Shown here one piece after another: positions 23,598 to 35,570 of a DNA stretch of 64,000 bases (positions within the stretch are counted from its first letter, which is position 1; the number at the start of each line of letters is the position of its first letter). The notes below the pieces were generated by a model. The model saw nothing but the letters and a program-made list of their open reading frames with translations, searched no databases and was not told the origin of the DNA. Source of the DNA: Macrostomum lignano (lineage: Eukaryota); contig NIVC01003981.1 of the NCBI GenBank assembly GCA_002269645.1, positions 1 through 64,000 of the forward strand, read 5' to 3'. Both the position numbers and the translations under genes were made by a program.

Positions 23598-25609
23598 CTG
23601 CGCGAGTCAAACAGGGGAGCGAAAGGCATGGCAAACAATCATAAATCATAATTATTAGTCGCTTAAAAGTGACACGGGCAATGCTTTTGAGTATTACAGT
23701 GCTAACTAAGACCACTCAGCTACATTCTAATTAAGTAATTGACAAAATTTGATAAGAATACAACTTCACATTTTTGTATCCATAAAAGCTTGGGTATAGT
23801 ATTTAAAATATATACTTGTACCAACAATGTGTTTTCACAGAGTATTTTTCTGCAATTTTATAACATCTTTTGAGATACAAAGGTAGTGTTCCGCCATAAG
23901 GAGGGTCTATGTGCCATAGCCATAAACAAAACTATGGCTTATTCCAATTCTCTGTATTCCATAGCCATGGGGACCCCAAGATTCCCATATTCCCATAGAG
24001 CCATAGCTGTAGTTTTAACAAAAAATCTAGGAAACCAAATATTTTTAACCTGGAAGATAACCTGGTGCTTAAAAAACTGCAAATTAAGGTAGAAAATAAA
24101 ACAAACACTCGATTGCCTTTGTAGGATTATATTTAATCTTTTACAAAGACTAACAATACTTAATCACTACTGAAAGTACTACTGCTAACTTTTTCACATT
24201 AATAAAAGTTAGAGTTTGCTAATGTTTTATTGTACTTTATATATTTGACAAGAAGTTATATTATAATTAAATCTACCTATATGCCTAAATAATTTTTTGT
24301 TTATGAGGATGACCATGCAATATTAACAAATCTTCTTACTTATTGCTTTCATTATTAAAATATAAAGTAATTCTTGCCTATATCTACATATAAGCATTTA
24401 TACTTGATTTATTTCTATACTATATATATAATGTATATTAGCAATCTTTTATAACTTTCTATTGTGCCTGACAGTGCAATTGAAACAACCTTCTTTTTTA
24501 TATTTTAATAATTAATTAGCTTTCAATTTTCAAATTTCTTGGAAGAAGAAACTTCTTACTTTTTCTGCTTTTCGTAGTCTTTTATATATAAGCTTGCTTT
24601 TTTTATTTGTTACTCAATAAATTTTAAATCACTTGGATAAACTAGCATTTATGTTTAGGCTACTATGCTTCAAACAATTTCAGTTAGGCCCTAATGGTAA
24701 AGTGATATTACCATATTACCAATCAGAGTGTTGCTAAGCATAACATGCACAACTGCTGGCCAACCTGGCCGATCTGGCCACAATAAATTGTGGTGGACCA
24801 GGGGTAAGTTACAATAATGCCCAGCTTAAAAAAGACATAGTACTAATTAGATGATGAGACATTTAGCCCTTATAAGACAGTCATAGTTACTCCAGCCGTT
24901 TACCCAAAATTGCATTTACAGGTAATTTGCATTTTTGGTCAAAAAGTAAGTCGCATGGCCAGTGTAAATCAGGGGGGTTGCGCATATATGTTGCTAAGCA
25001 ATATTGAAACAATGTATCTTAAAAAGATTTTTACTTTATTTAATATAAATAAATCAAAGCTTATTTGATGTTAAACAATTGCACAAATATTTGCTAAAAA
25101 TAATTGAAGCAGGTCAACTTTGTTAAAAGTTACAGACAATTGTTTTTAATGTTTATCAAAATATTTATTGGAAATTAGAAAACCCTCAAAGACAAATAAA
25201 TTAATAGTTTATAAAAAGAAAGATATTTTGTTTTAAATTTTTTTATACTAAAAGACCTATAAAATTTTTGTATATAGCAACTTTATTCTTGACCTCTGGG
25301 GTATTTTTTATATTGGAATAATATCAAAAAAAACAATAATTTTCATTACTAGGTAGGCCCCTAGGCCCTAGGCTATATCTACGGGTCCTAGTCATTTCGT
25401 CAACTGGCGTTTCGTCAATTGGCCATTTCGTCAACTCAGTTTTTGCATTGGTCGTTTCGTCAACTAGCCAATGAAGCGGTCTCAAACCTCGGTCACTTCG
25501 TCAACTGACCAACGGGGAGTTCCCCAACATAGGTCACTTCGTCAACTGCCAATAAACTACCCCCTCCCGCGGCCGCAAAAAAACTAAAACTGAACCCTGA
25601 GATGACTAG

Positions 25610-25869
25610 GGGCCTTTTCATATTGCTTGTTCTGGTTCCAGAACCAGAACCAATTTGTGAAGTATAACTTTTTGTCTCCATAACTAGAGGGAGATACGTG
25701 CTATAAAGTTTTTATTATTGAATGACAATCGCCAAGAAGAAAGTGAAAAATTGTGCTAAGTTAGGTTGTTAAGGCAGTCGAATATTAACAGAGTTTAATA
25801 GTTATACTGCTGTTTTTCTTGGAATTCCGAACCGATTCTGGTTCTGGAATTAGTAATATGAAAAGGCCC
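25610..25869. mobile_element. PIF/Harbinger-type MITE (260 bp) nested in the 25383-27410 element
   Basis: TIR GGGCCTTTTCATATT / AATATGAAAAGGCCC with 3-bp TSD TAG (25607-25609 and 25870-25872). Confidence 0.8.
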
Positions 25870-26409
25870 TAGGTCGACAGGCTATTTAATATATAGATAC
25901 CCTTCTGTGCAACATCTGCCGGCTTTGATCGATGCGTCTCTGACTATACATTAACAAACAATAATTCACTCAGGTGTTTGAAACGTGTGCAGTATGACGC
26001 AGTTGATATCCCATGTTACACATTTGCATGACAAATTTTTGGATGTACACGTAGAAATTGATTAAAGAGTAGTTGATGAGTACTGGACCAAAGATAATAA
26101 CGCTTGAAATGGTCCATGTACTCTACATGGTTTATTTTAAAAATCTAGCGTATATATATAAAGCATTCCAAATTAACCATAACATTTATGGTCATGTCGA
26201 TGTCAATCACGCATTAAAATTTATATAATAATATATATTTTATGCACACACTATACTTAAAACCTATATTAAGTATTTAAACACAATCGTACTGCTATCG
26301 TAGTGCGATTTTGTACCATTGTACACTGTACAATAGTACATGTAGTTCTGTATGGTAAGTGGTAATACAGTACTAAATGCAGACAAAAGAAAAAAATATT
26401 ATTTTAAGA

Positions 26410-26553
26410 AAATTGCAATACTTCTTGGACTTGATTCATTCCACAAGTACGATGCTGCCAGCGCTCGATGCATTTATCACACTGCAGAGCCTGTTGTCGC
26501 GGTCGAACACGTTCGCTGCAGAGAATGCAGCTATCAGCTGTAGCCTGCTACAT
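26410..26553 (-). pseudogene. PHD-finger-like coding remnant inside the transposon
   Basis: ATG-TAG-QATADS-CILCSERVRPRQQALQCDKCIERWQHRTCG has C-x2-C-x12-C-x2-C-x5-H-x2-C spacing. Codon 2 is a stop and the final Cys pair is missing. Not in the ORF track. Confidence 0.7.
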
Positions 26554-27434
26554 GATTGGTAAAGTATATATGTAATATTTAGGAAACAAACTGATTTAAT
26601 TGTGACTTTGACGGGACTTCCATTTATATAGCAGTTTGGATCGTTAGGGTGGGGTGACTTTGGAACTGGTGGGTTAAAGGACTTAACACTGGCTTAGCAC
26701 TTTAGTGTTAAGCATGACAGGGAGTAAAATGGCTTACAATATGGCATGATGTGCGTGAATCGTGCATGATATGCTTCATTCAAGAGCATTACCGGATATC
26801 AAGATTCGCTGCGGGGATCAGCTTCAGTTGACTGCGCACAGCGGGGTGGAGGGGTGGGAAGGCGCACGCTGCAGTCCACCAATTTTCACAACTCCACAGG
26901 GGACTATTAGCAGTCCTCTCCATGTGTTTTGATAATATGAATGCCCACCATGTACGTGGACACATGTACTGTATGCATGCAGATTGCATAAAACACAGAT
27001 GCTCAAGATTCATTGACACCCAGATGCATATGGGTATGAGTGTTCATAGGTGACACACTTGCATCTAGAATATTCGCATCGGAACATTTAACCCATCGAA
27101 TACATGTATAATGGGCATGCAATTAACATATATACTGTACACTGTAACGAAATTGCAAAGTTTGATCGTTTAAAATAAAATTAGGTACTTATTAAAACAA
27201 ACTCATTGATATAACAACTATTGTAAGCTACACAGCTGTATGAACTGCATATCATTCATATAATGACAATTTTGGTCACTTCGTCAACAAGCAAATGGGG
27301 AGGACATAGGCATTGGTCACTTTGTCAACCACCAGTAAAGTCGCCTTAACACTTTGGTCACTTCGTCAACCAAGTTGACGAAACGCCAATTGACGAAATG
27401 ACCATCACCCATATCTACTTGCCCTGATCTAGAG

Positions 27435-28315
27435 GGGTCGCCATTATAAGCTCGAAAAATCACATTGTCAATAACAAGGCTCTATCACAAGCTTGAAAAG
27501 TCACAAGCTTAAAAAATAACATTGTCAAAAAGTTTAGCAAACATCATCATAAGCTCAAAAAGGCACAAGCTCTAACCCTAACCCCAAGGCACTAACCCTA
27601 ACTCTAAGGCACCAGTACCCTGCCTAACCCTGAACTATAACCCTAATCCCAACCCTAACCTAAACCTAAACCCTAACTTAAAGGCACTAGTTCTAAATTC
27701 AACCCTAACCCTAAACCCTAACCTTAAGGCATAAGCTCTAACCCTAACCCTATTCAAGCTTGTGATAGTGGTTACTAAACTTTTTGACGATGTGACTTTT
27801 CGAGTTTGTGAATTTTTGAGCTTATGATGGTGGTTGCTAGACTTTTTGATGATATGATTTTTTGAGCTTATAACTTATTGAGCTTGTGATGATGGTTGCT
27901 AAAACTTTTTGATGATGTGATTTTTTGAGCTTATGACTTTTTGAGCTTGTGATGGTGGCTGCTAAATCAATTTTTCAACAATGTGATTTTTTGAGCTTAT
28001 GACTTTTTGAGCTTGTGATGGTGGCTGCTAAATCAATTTTTCAACAATGTGATTTTTTGAGCTTATGACTTTTCAAGCTTGTGATAGTGGTTGCTAAACT
28101 TTTTGACAATATGATTTTTTTAGCTTAAGGTTGAGCTTGTGGGTTGCTAAATCAGTTTTTGACGATGTTATTTTTCGAGCTTATGACTTTTTGAGCTTGT
28201 GATGGTATTGGCTAGATTTTTTGATGATATGATTTTTCAAGCTTATGACTTTTCAAGCTTGTGATAGTGGATGCTTTTTGACAATGTGATTTTTTGAGCT
28301 TATGATGGGCCTCCC
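27435..28315. mobile_element. MITE with about 45-bp TIRs, modular subrepeats and a telomere-like (CCCTAA)n-rich core
   Basis: GGGTCGCCATTATAAGCTCGAAAAATCACATTGTCAA at the left matches the reverse complement of 28279-28315. Flanks ATCTAGAG / ATCTAGAC (8 bp, 1 mismatch). CCCTAA variants occupy about 27570-27750. Confidence 0.8.
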
Positions 28316-28681
28316 ATCTAGACTATGGTCCTGAATAAATATGTGTATCACGGACACAAAGTGCATGCTATATTAATATACCAAAATTCAGGCATATATG
28401 TTAGCTATCATAAATATAGGCCTAGCTAGGGCAAGGTAGAAATTACAAATAAGATGTTAGAAATAGGCCTATCTAGCATACCTGGTATAATTAGACCTAG
28501 GCCTAGGCTGCCTAGGCCTAGCCTATGGCTATAATTTTCTAAATGTGGAATAGGCCTAGATATTGCCATTGCCAAACATCAAATAACTAGAAATTATTTA
28601 ACATAATTTCTTTTTACCCTATTTATCTTAAGCTCAACGCTCAAGCAAGCTAGGCTTGGCTTAAAAAATAGCAATGCTTAC

Positions 28682-28708
28682 AGGCTCGGCAGGCTCCTCC
28701 ATCTCCAT
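28682..28708 (-). CDS. EIF2S2: eIF2-beta copy A, coding exon 1 (MEMEEPAEP)
   Basis: ATG in gacatcATGG context, 27 nt, phase-0 donor cct|GTAAGC. It joins in frame to MFDPS. Homologous to the 27-nt exon at 49881-49907. Confidence 0.8.
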
Positions 28709-30344
28709 GATGTCTTGATGTCCATGATGTCTTGTTGAATTATGATGGCAGTGCTGTGTCTAAAATCTCGCAGTTTGGTTCAAATATGGCTATGGTAGGC
28801 TTCAAAGTCTATATAAGCCTATTATTACAATCTTACTCGATGTATGTCACCATGTGATCGGGTTGGTTGGTTGGCGATAAGAGTCACCGTGGACAAATTC
28901 GACGACAATCTAGTCAAAATTAACGAAAAAAAGGGAAAAAAAATATTATTATTATTAATTTTTCCAGTACAATGGTATTAGTCAATGTACATTACAGTTT
29001 ACTTTTTTATTAAGTTTGTTTTCTCTATTGTTTGTCCTCAAAAATTTTAAAATGAGCTTTCCAAGAAACGTTTCGCTTCTCTTCGTTCAAAAATACCTGT
29101 GCGTTACGCGTATATCTGTATATCATTATTTTTCTAATCGCAAACACTTAATGCCTATCTAAAACTTTGTTTTAAGCGCTCTATTTTTGGTTATTTACTT
29201 CTTCTCTATAAAAATATCACTCATCTTTATTACCTTATAATTGCCTGCAATCCTTACATTTGATATTTTTTTAATTGTCTGAATAATACCTATATACTTA
29301 TTTTTGTTACCTACGGGATCAATTGAATTGCTATACATCGAGTTCATACAATACTTGTTTTTTAATTCCTTACTTAAATACTTTTTGCTTCGTTAGTCAT
29401 TAAAGATTGTTTGAAGTTTCGTAGAAAAAAATTGGTAATGGCTAGAGTTCCGGCACCGGAACCCATTTTCTAACAGCTAGGGATCCGGCAGTGCCGTATA
29501 GAAGCATATAAAGCACCCGACGACAACCGGCTAGCCGGGCCAAAAGCTTACAAAATCATCGGGCTAACCGGCAGGAAAGCGCGCTCTCGAGCTCTCGCTT
29601 CTTCCGGCTAGACGGGCCCAAAGCGCGCTCCCATACAATCAAATGGGAGTGTATCAATTGAAAGCTTTTAACGGGTGTTTAATAACAATTTGCAGTAGAA
29701 AAATCGACGTTTGTTAATATTAATTCGCTTGCATGTAATTTGAAAACAAACTTTACAGGAATGAGCTATGGTTCCTATGTTCAACGTTCAACAAAAGCTT
29801 TTAAGGCATATTTGTTGTGCTACTGTGCATTGCTGTGCTGGCCTATGCACTAGACTAAACAAGTGAAGGCTTCGTGTACAAGATAAATGAAAGGAGCTTT
29901 TCTTAAATTTCTTGTGCATTATTATGTGATTGCTTAAGTAATTTTGTTCTATAGTTTAAAGCCTGTCACATGTCAGTTAATTAATAATACGCAGGCATTT
30001 GAAATATATATGTAGGTCTAATATTTTGAGAAGTAACTTATAAGCTGCTTTTATTCAATTATAAAAAAGCTTGAATTTAATTAAATTCTATTTGTTTAGC
30101 TATAGCCCTATGTATTAGGACTATGTATGTAGGAAAGCCTATTGAGCACTAAGCCTAGGCCTAGCTTATTGACTTGGTCTTAATGAATAGATTTAGCTAA
30201 CTTACTAGATAAGAGCCTTAAAATTTTTGTTTTTTCTATCTATCTACTTTATGTATACCAATAGGCCTAGACTAAATAACAAACTATAAAACTAAGCCTA
30301 CAATATTTTATATCAAATACCTGATGTTTGACTTATTTTCCTTT

Positions 30345-32680
30345 CCTTAGATCCCCTCTCCCCTAACCTTGGATTTCCTCCCTCTAACCCTAGCTTCTCT
30401 CCCCCTGACCCCTGGCTTCTCTCCATCCTAATCCTTGGCTTCACTCTTAACCCTTGGCTTCCCTCCCTTGACCTTGGCTTCCCTCCCCCTGACCCTGGCT
30501 TCTCTCCTTACTGACCCCTGGCTTCTCTCCTCCCTGACCCTGGCTTCCCTCTTCTGACCCTGGCTTCTCTTCCCTTGACCCTGGCTTCTCTCCTCCACTG
30601 ACCCTGGCTTCTCTCCTCCCCTGACCCAGGCTTCTCTCCTCTCCTGACCCTGGCTTCCTTCCCCTAACCCTGGCTTCTCTCCCCTTGACCCCTGGCTTCC
30701 CTCCATCCTAATCCTTGGCTTCACTCCTAACCCTTGGCTTCCCTCCCTTGACCTTGGCTTCCCTCCCCCTGACCCTGGCTTCTCTCCTTACTGACCCCTG
30801 GCTTCTCTCCTCCCTGACCCTGGCTTTGCCCCCCTGACCCTGGCTTTTCTTCCCTTGACCCTAGCTTCTCTCCTCCCCTGACCCTGGCTTCTCTCCTCCC
30901 CTGACCTGGCTTCTCTCCTCCCCTGACCCTGGCTTCCTTCCTAACCCTGGCTTCTCTCCCCTTGACCCTGGCTTCTCTCCCCTTGACCCTGGCTTCTGTC
31001 CCCCTGATCCTGGCTTCCCTCCCTTGACCCTGGCTTCTCTCCTCCCCTGACCCTGGCTTTTCTCCTTACTGACCCCTGGCTTCTCTCCCGCTGACCCTGG
31101 CTTCCCTGCCCTGACCCTGGCTTCCTTCCCCTGACCATGGCTTCTCTCCCCCTGACCCTGGCTTCCCTCCCCTGACCCTGGCTTCCCTCCCCTGACCCTG
31201 GCTTCCCTCCCCTGACCGTGGCTTCTCTCCCCCTAACCCTGGCTTCCTTCCCCTGACCCTGGCTTCTCTCCCCCTGACCCTGGCTTCTCTCTCCCTTACC
31301 CTGGCTTCCCTCCCCTGACCCTGGCTTCTCTCCCGCTGGCCTTGGCTTCCCTCACTTGATCCTGGCTTCCCTCCCCTGACCCTGGCTTCTCTCCCGCTGG
31401 CCTTGGCTTCCCTCACTTGACCCTGGCTTCTCTCCCCTGACCCTCGCTTCCTTCCCCTGACCCTGGCTTCTCTCCCCTGGACCCTGGCTTCTCTCCACTT
31501 GGCCCTGGCTTCTCTCCTCTTGACCCTGGCTTCCCTCCCCTGACCCTGGCTTCTCTCCCCTGGCCCTGGCTTTTCTCCTTACTGACCCCTGGCTTCCCTC
31601 CCTCCTGACCCTGGCTTCCCTCCCCTGACCCTGGCTTCTCTCCCCTGACCCTGGCTTCTCTCTGCCTGGCCCTGGCTTTTCGCCTTACTGACCCCTGGCT
31701 TCTCTCCCCTGACCCTCGCTTCCTTCCCCTGACCCTGGCTTCCTTCCCCTGACCCTGGCTTCCTTCCATCCTAATCCTTGGCTTCACTCTTAACCCTTGG
31801 CTTCCCTCCCTTGACCTTGGCTTCCCTGACCCTGGCTTCTCTCCTTACTGACCCTGGCTTCTCTCCTTACTGACCCTGGCTTCTCTCCTCCTGACCCTGG
31901 CTTCTCTCCTCCCTGACCCTGGCTTCTCTCTCTCCCTGACCCTGGCTTCTCTCCCCCTGACCCTGGCTTCTCTCCCTGACCCTGGCTTCTCTCCTCCCCT
32001 GACCCTGGCTTCTCTCCTCCCCTGACCCTGGCTTCTCTCCTCCCCTGACCCTGGCTTCTCTTCCCCTACCCTGGCTTCCTCCCTTGACCCTGGCTTCTCT
32101 CCCTGACCTGGCTTCCCTCTTGACCCTGGCTTCTCTCCCCTGCCTTGGCTTCCCTCACTTGACCCTGGCTTCTCTCCCCTGACCCTCGCTTCCTTCCCCT
32201 GACCCTGGCTTCCTTCCCCTGACCCTGGCTTCTCTCCCCTGGACCCTGGCTTCTCTCCACTTGGCCCTGGCTTCTCTCCTCCTGACCCTGGCTTCCCTCC
32301 CCTGACCCTGGCTTCTCTCCCCTGGCCCTGGCTTTTCTCCTTACTGACCCCTGGCTTCCCTCCCTCCTGACCCTGGCTTCTCTCCCCCTGACCTTGGCTT
32401 CCCTCCCTTGACCCTGGCTTCTCTCCACTTGGCCCTGGCTTCTGTCCCCCTGACCCTGGCTTCCCTCCCCTGATCCTGGCTTCCCTCCCTGACCCTGGCT
32501 TCCCTCCCTTGACCCTAGCTTCTCTCCTCCCCTTGACTCTGGCTTCTCTCCCCTGACCCTGGCTTCCCTCCCCTGACCCTGGCTTCCCTCCCTCCTGACC
32601 CCTGGATTCCCTCCCTCCTGACCCCTGTTTCCTTCCCTCTTGACCCATGGCTCCCTATCTCCTGACCCCTCTTGACCCGT
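30345..32680. repeat. 20-22-bp C-rich minisatellite (CCCCTGACCCTGGCTTCTCT)n, left arm of the giant element
   Basis: Direct reading; reverse complement of 38610-42250. Confidence 0.95.
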
Positions 32681-33227
32681 AACTTCTGCCCTGCTCTGCC
32701 CTCTTCCTCTGACGTCTGCTGTCTGCTTTACCTTGCTCCTTTGCCCCCTGCTTTTCTGTCCTCTGGTTTTCTGCCCCCTGCTCTGCCCCCGCTGCTTTGC
32801 TCCCTGCTGTCTGCTTTACCCTGCTTCTCCGCCCTCTGCTAAAGTAGTCTCGTGTTAGTACCAAGCAGCACAGCTTATTGAAAGCACATTCTTCCTTCAG
32901 AAAAAGCTACCGGTGAAGCCCAGCTGCTGTACCATTGGCACCTTTGCTTTTGCCTCTGGTGCGATTGGCCTAGCAACAAACAAGCAGCTGTTTGTTCACA
33001 AGCAGCTGTTCACCCGCAAAAGCTATCCAAGCGCGAGCTTTCTAACTATTTGTACACACTGAGCTGAAATTAGTTTGTATGTGCCGCCACTATGAGTTCT
33101 GATACGCTGACATCTGGTGCAACCGTTACGGCTGGGTCTGCCGCTGGTTCCACTTAAGCAGCTGCCTCAAACATCGCTGCTGCAGCCGAAACTGAAGCTG
33201 GCTCCGCCAAAGCTATTTTTTAATTCT

Positions 33228-33470
33228 TTAATACATGTCGACAATCCCTTTAACATTGAGATCACCGAATTCTGTTAATACATGTTCAGATCTTGTAAAG
33301 CTCAACAAAAGCACCCATTTGTCATCGCCCTTTTCCAATATTGCTACTCGCATTACTCCCTGTGCAAATGGAGCCACACTCGACGTTTTTGGTGTCGTTT
33401 TTTTAGGTTGTTTATGGGTGGATTTTCCATTTGTAAAAGCATTTTTCGAATCAATGCAGTTTGTAACATC
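33228..33470 (-). pseudogene. Possible alpha-kinase (eEF2K/MHCK-type) N-lobe fragment, truncated; end of a degenerate coding-like tract (about 35050 to 33230)
   Basis: Minus frame ...SSVAPFAQGVMRVAILEKGDDKWVLLLSF resembles the alpha-kinase PF(A/G)xG(A)(M/F)RxA...V.K motif. Single-motif evidence only. Confidence 0.3.
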
Positions 33471-35289
33471 GGAGCTTCATATATTTTTGCTGTGATTTCT
33501 GGGAGACATTTTTTCGAGACGATACTGCTCTGTGACAGGGTATGGTGTTCAACGTGTGCCATTTTAATTCAATCCTTGATCACAAAGCTCGGAGCAAGTG
33601 CCACTAGACTTCAGTGTCAGGCTTTCAGTTTAAGCAAATAATCCAAAATAATTTCGACTGTACCATTGTGGACCAACAATGACCAACCCCTTATACTGTC
33701 AAAATCCTGTTGTTTTTACAGGTTCTTATATTTCTACAAGGAACTGACAGGTGTTTTTTGTTGTTACCGCCAGTTAATTTTTTAAACATTACTGCTCTTC
33801 ATGAAGACGCGTGCAAAAAATACAGATATAAACTTTCATGTTACATACAGTTATGACCAGGAGCTTTCCGATTTTAGTTGGTCATATAATTTTGTCGAAA
33901 ACTTGGTTTTGTGTTTCTGGAGTATTTCTTAAATAGCATGCGCTCCGCAAAATTTTGTTGATTTAGCTTTACACTCCAGAAGTAAAATTTTCTCAGTGAA
34001 CTCACATTTTATTTCGCTCTTAGTGGTGCAGCTTAAGCATGTTTCGAATGCTCCCAGCAAGCTGCCGAGAGTTCCTACACTGGCAAGAAAGGACGCTGCC
34101 TTGGTGTAGGGCGCTGAAGTGAACAAAAGTGCGCTCGATCGTCAGCGGTGCACATTTGCTGCATGGGCATTCAGTTTTGTGCTGAGCGGTGACGTACGCT
34201 TTTTTGAGGGGTCTGCAGTCCAGGCGGCGTCATGAAGGAGGGAGTGGGTGCTCCTGCTTCTGAGAAGCCCTCAGAGTACTCTGGAGTGAGATTTCTGCTT
34301 CTCACATTCGATGTAGTTGAATATTTCCCGCATGCTAGAATATGCACTGTGCCCTTTGACAACCATTGTTATATAAGGTCTTGGTTGCAAGCTTGGTGCT
34401 CCTGAATATAGACCATGAAATGTCTGTTAATGGTGTCTTGGTAAAAGTGCTCAAGAGAGAAATCTTCATGCGATTCTGATGAGCGCTCACCCTGGTGGGC
34501 CATGGGTATTCCGGCTATAGTGGTTGCATGGAGCAAACCTGAGGCAGGGGTCTAGCAAGGAAGACTCACTTATTGTGTATTAAAAATTTACGCATATTCA
34601 TACATGTAGGGTCGAATTGGGCTTCAGCAACGCAGGGGAAGCGGCAAAATAAGGGCGGGGGCTCGCAGCAGTCTACTGATTCAGTCGGACTGCTAGTCTG
34701 GGGAGCTGTCAAAACAGCCGATGCGCGGTGCACCAGCTGCCGATGCTGCTTCAGTCGCCTACCAACCTGTTCGCGCTGCCAGGAGCGAACTACAAATTAA
34801 GTTTTTCTGCTCGATCCAAGTCATGTGACGAAACCCGGGGGCTGCCTGAGAATATCTGTGTAAACCTCTGGGCTCTAGCGCTGAAAATTACCAGCCGCCG
34901 TGCATGCCTCACATGGACTTTTCCACCTCTGAATGCTGTTTTGTAGCTGACGTTGCGGTCAAGTTTCAATTATCTCGACAGCGCGGGCCCGGGTTGTTTG
35001 TTTGCCGAAGGGCGTGGCCGCCTCTGCAGTCACCTGTGCAGGAGTACACCCGAAAAACTCGACACTACTAGAAATGGCACGTAAATGTACATGTAACACT
35101 CTAATGGACTCTATGCGAGGAGGCATACAAGGGACGGTTTACTTGTAATCAGTGCTGGAAATGAGGAATGTAAAGACTTTTGCATAAGGGGGATCTTTAG
35201 TTGGTGGGCGACTCTATAGGAAATGAAGGGGTTCCCGGCGGGGACCGGTGGTTCGGCTTCGCGGGAAAACAAACAATAATAAAACAAAT

Positions 35290-35570
35290 TTGTATCACCG
35301 CGCCGGCCTGGTGCGTCCAAGCGACCTGTTGCGCCGTCAGCGACTCCAGCTGGCAGGCCACATCATCCGCGCCGAATCGTACTGGCCAAAGCCGGTGCAG
35401 GAGGTGCTGCTGCTGACGCTGCAGGCACCGGCCCTACCGGCGGGGACAGGCGCGCACTCGGCGTTTCGACTCGACTAGCTGCCTGCTGGCTGATGCTGGC
35501 GCCCCGGAGCCGGCGGCGTGGCGTTCATTCACGACCTGTGACGCTGACTGCGTATTCTGTTGTTGTTGTT
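35290..35570 (+). mobile_element. 5'-truncated LINE 3' end with (TTG)n tail, inserted in the giant element's spacer
   Basis: YHRAGLVRPSDLLRRQRLQLAGHIIRAESY..PVQEVLLLTLQAP (RLQLAGHIIR is a typical RTE-like ORF2 C-terminal motif), followed by TGTTGTTGTTGTT. Confidence 0.8.

Larger units (their letters stand above)
25383..27410. mobile_element. About 2-kb non-autonomous DNA transposon (Mutator-like by cargo) with subterminal TTTCGTCAA repeats
   Basis: TIR GGGT..(T)AGTCATTTCGTCAA(C/T)TGGCGTTTCGTCAA; perfect 8-bp TSD ATATCTAC (25375-25382 and 27411-27418). Superfamily is uncertain. Confidence 0.85.

Noticed and set aside
23597-23640. Idea that eIF2-beta copies are single-exon retrogenes or rely on trans-splicing (AG directly before ATG)
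   Set aside because: Homologous phase-0 coding first exons were found for both copies (28708-28682 and 49881-49907).
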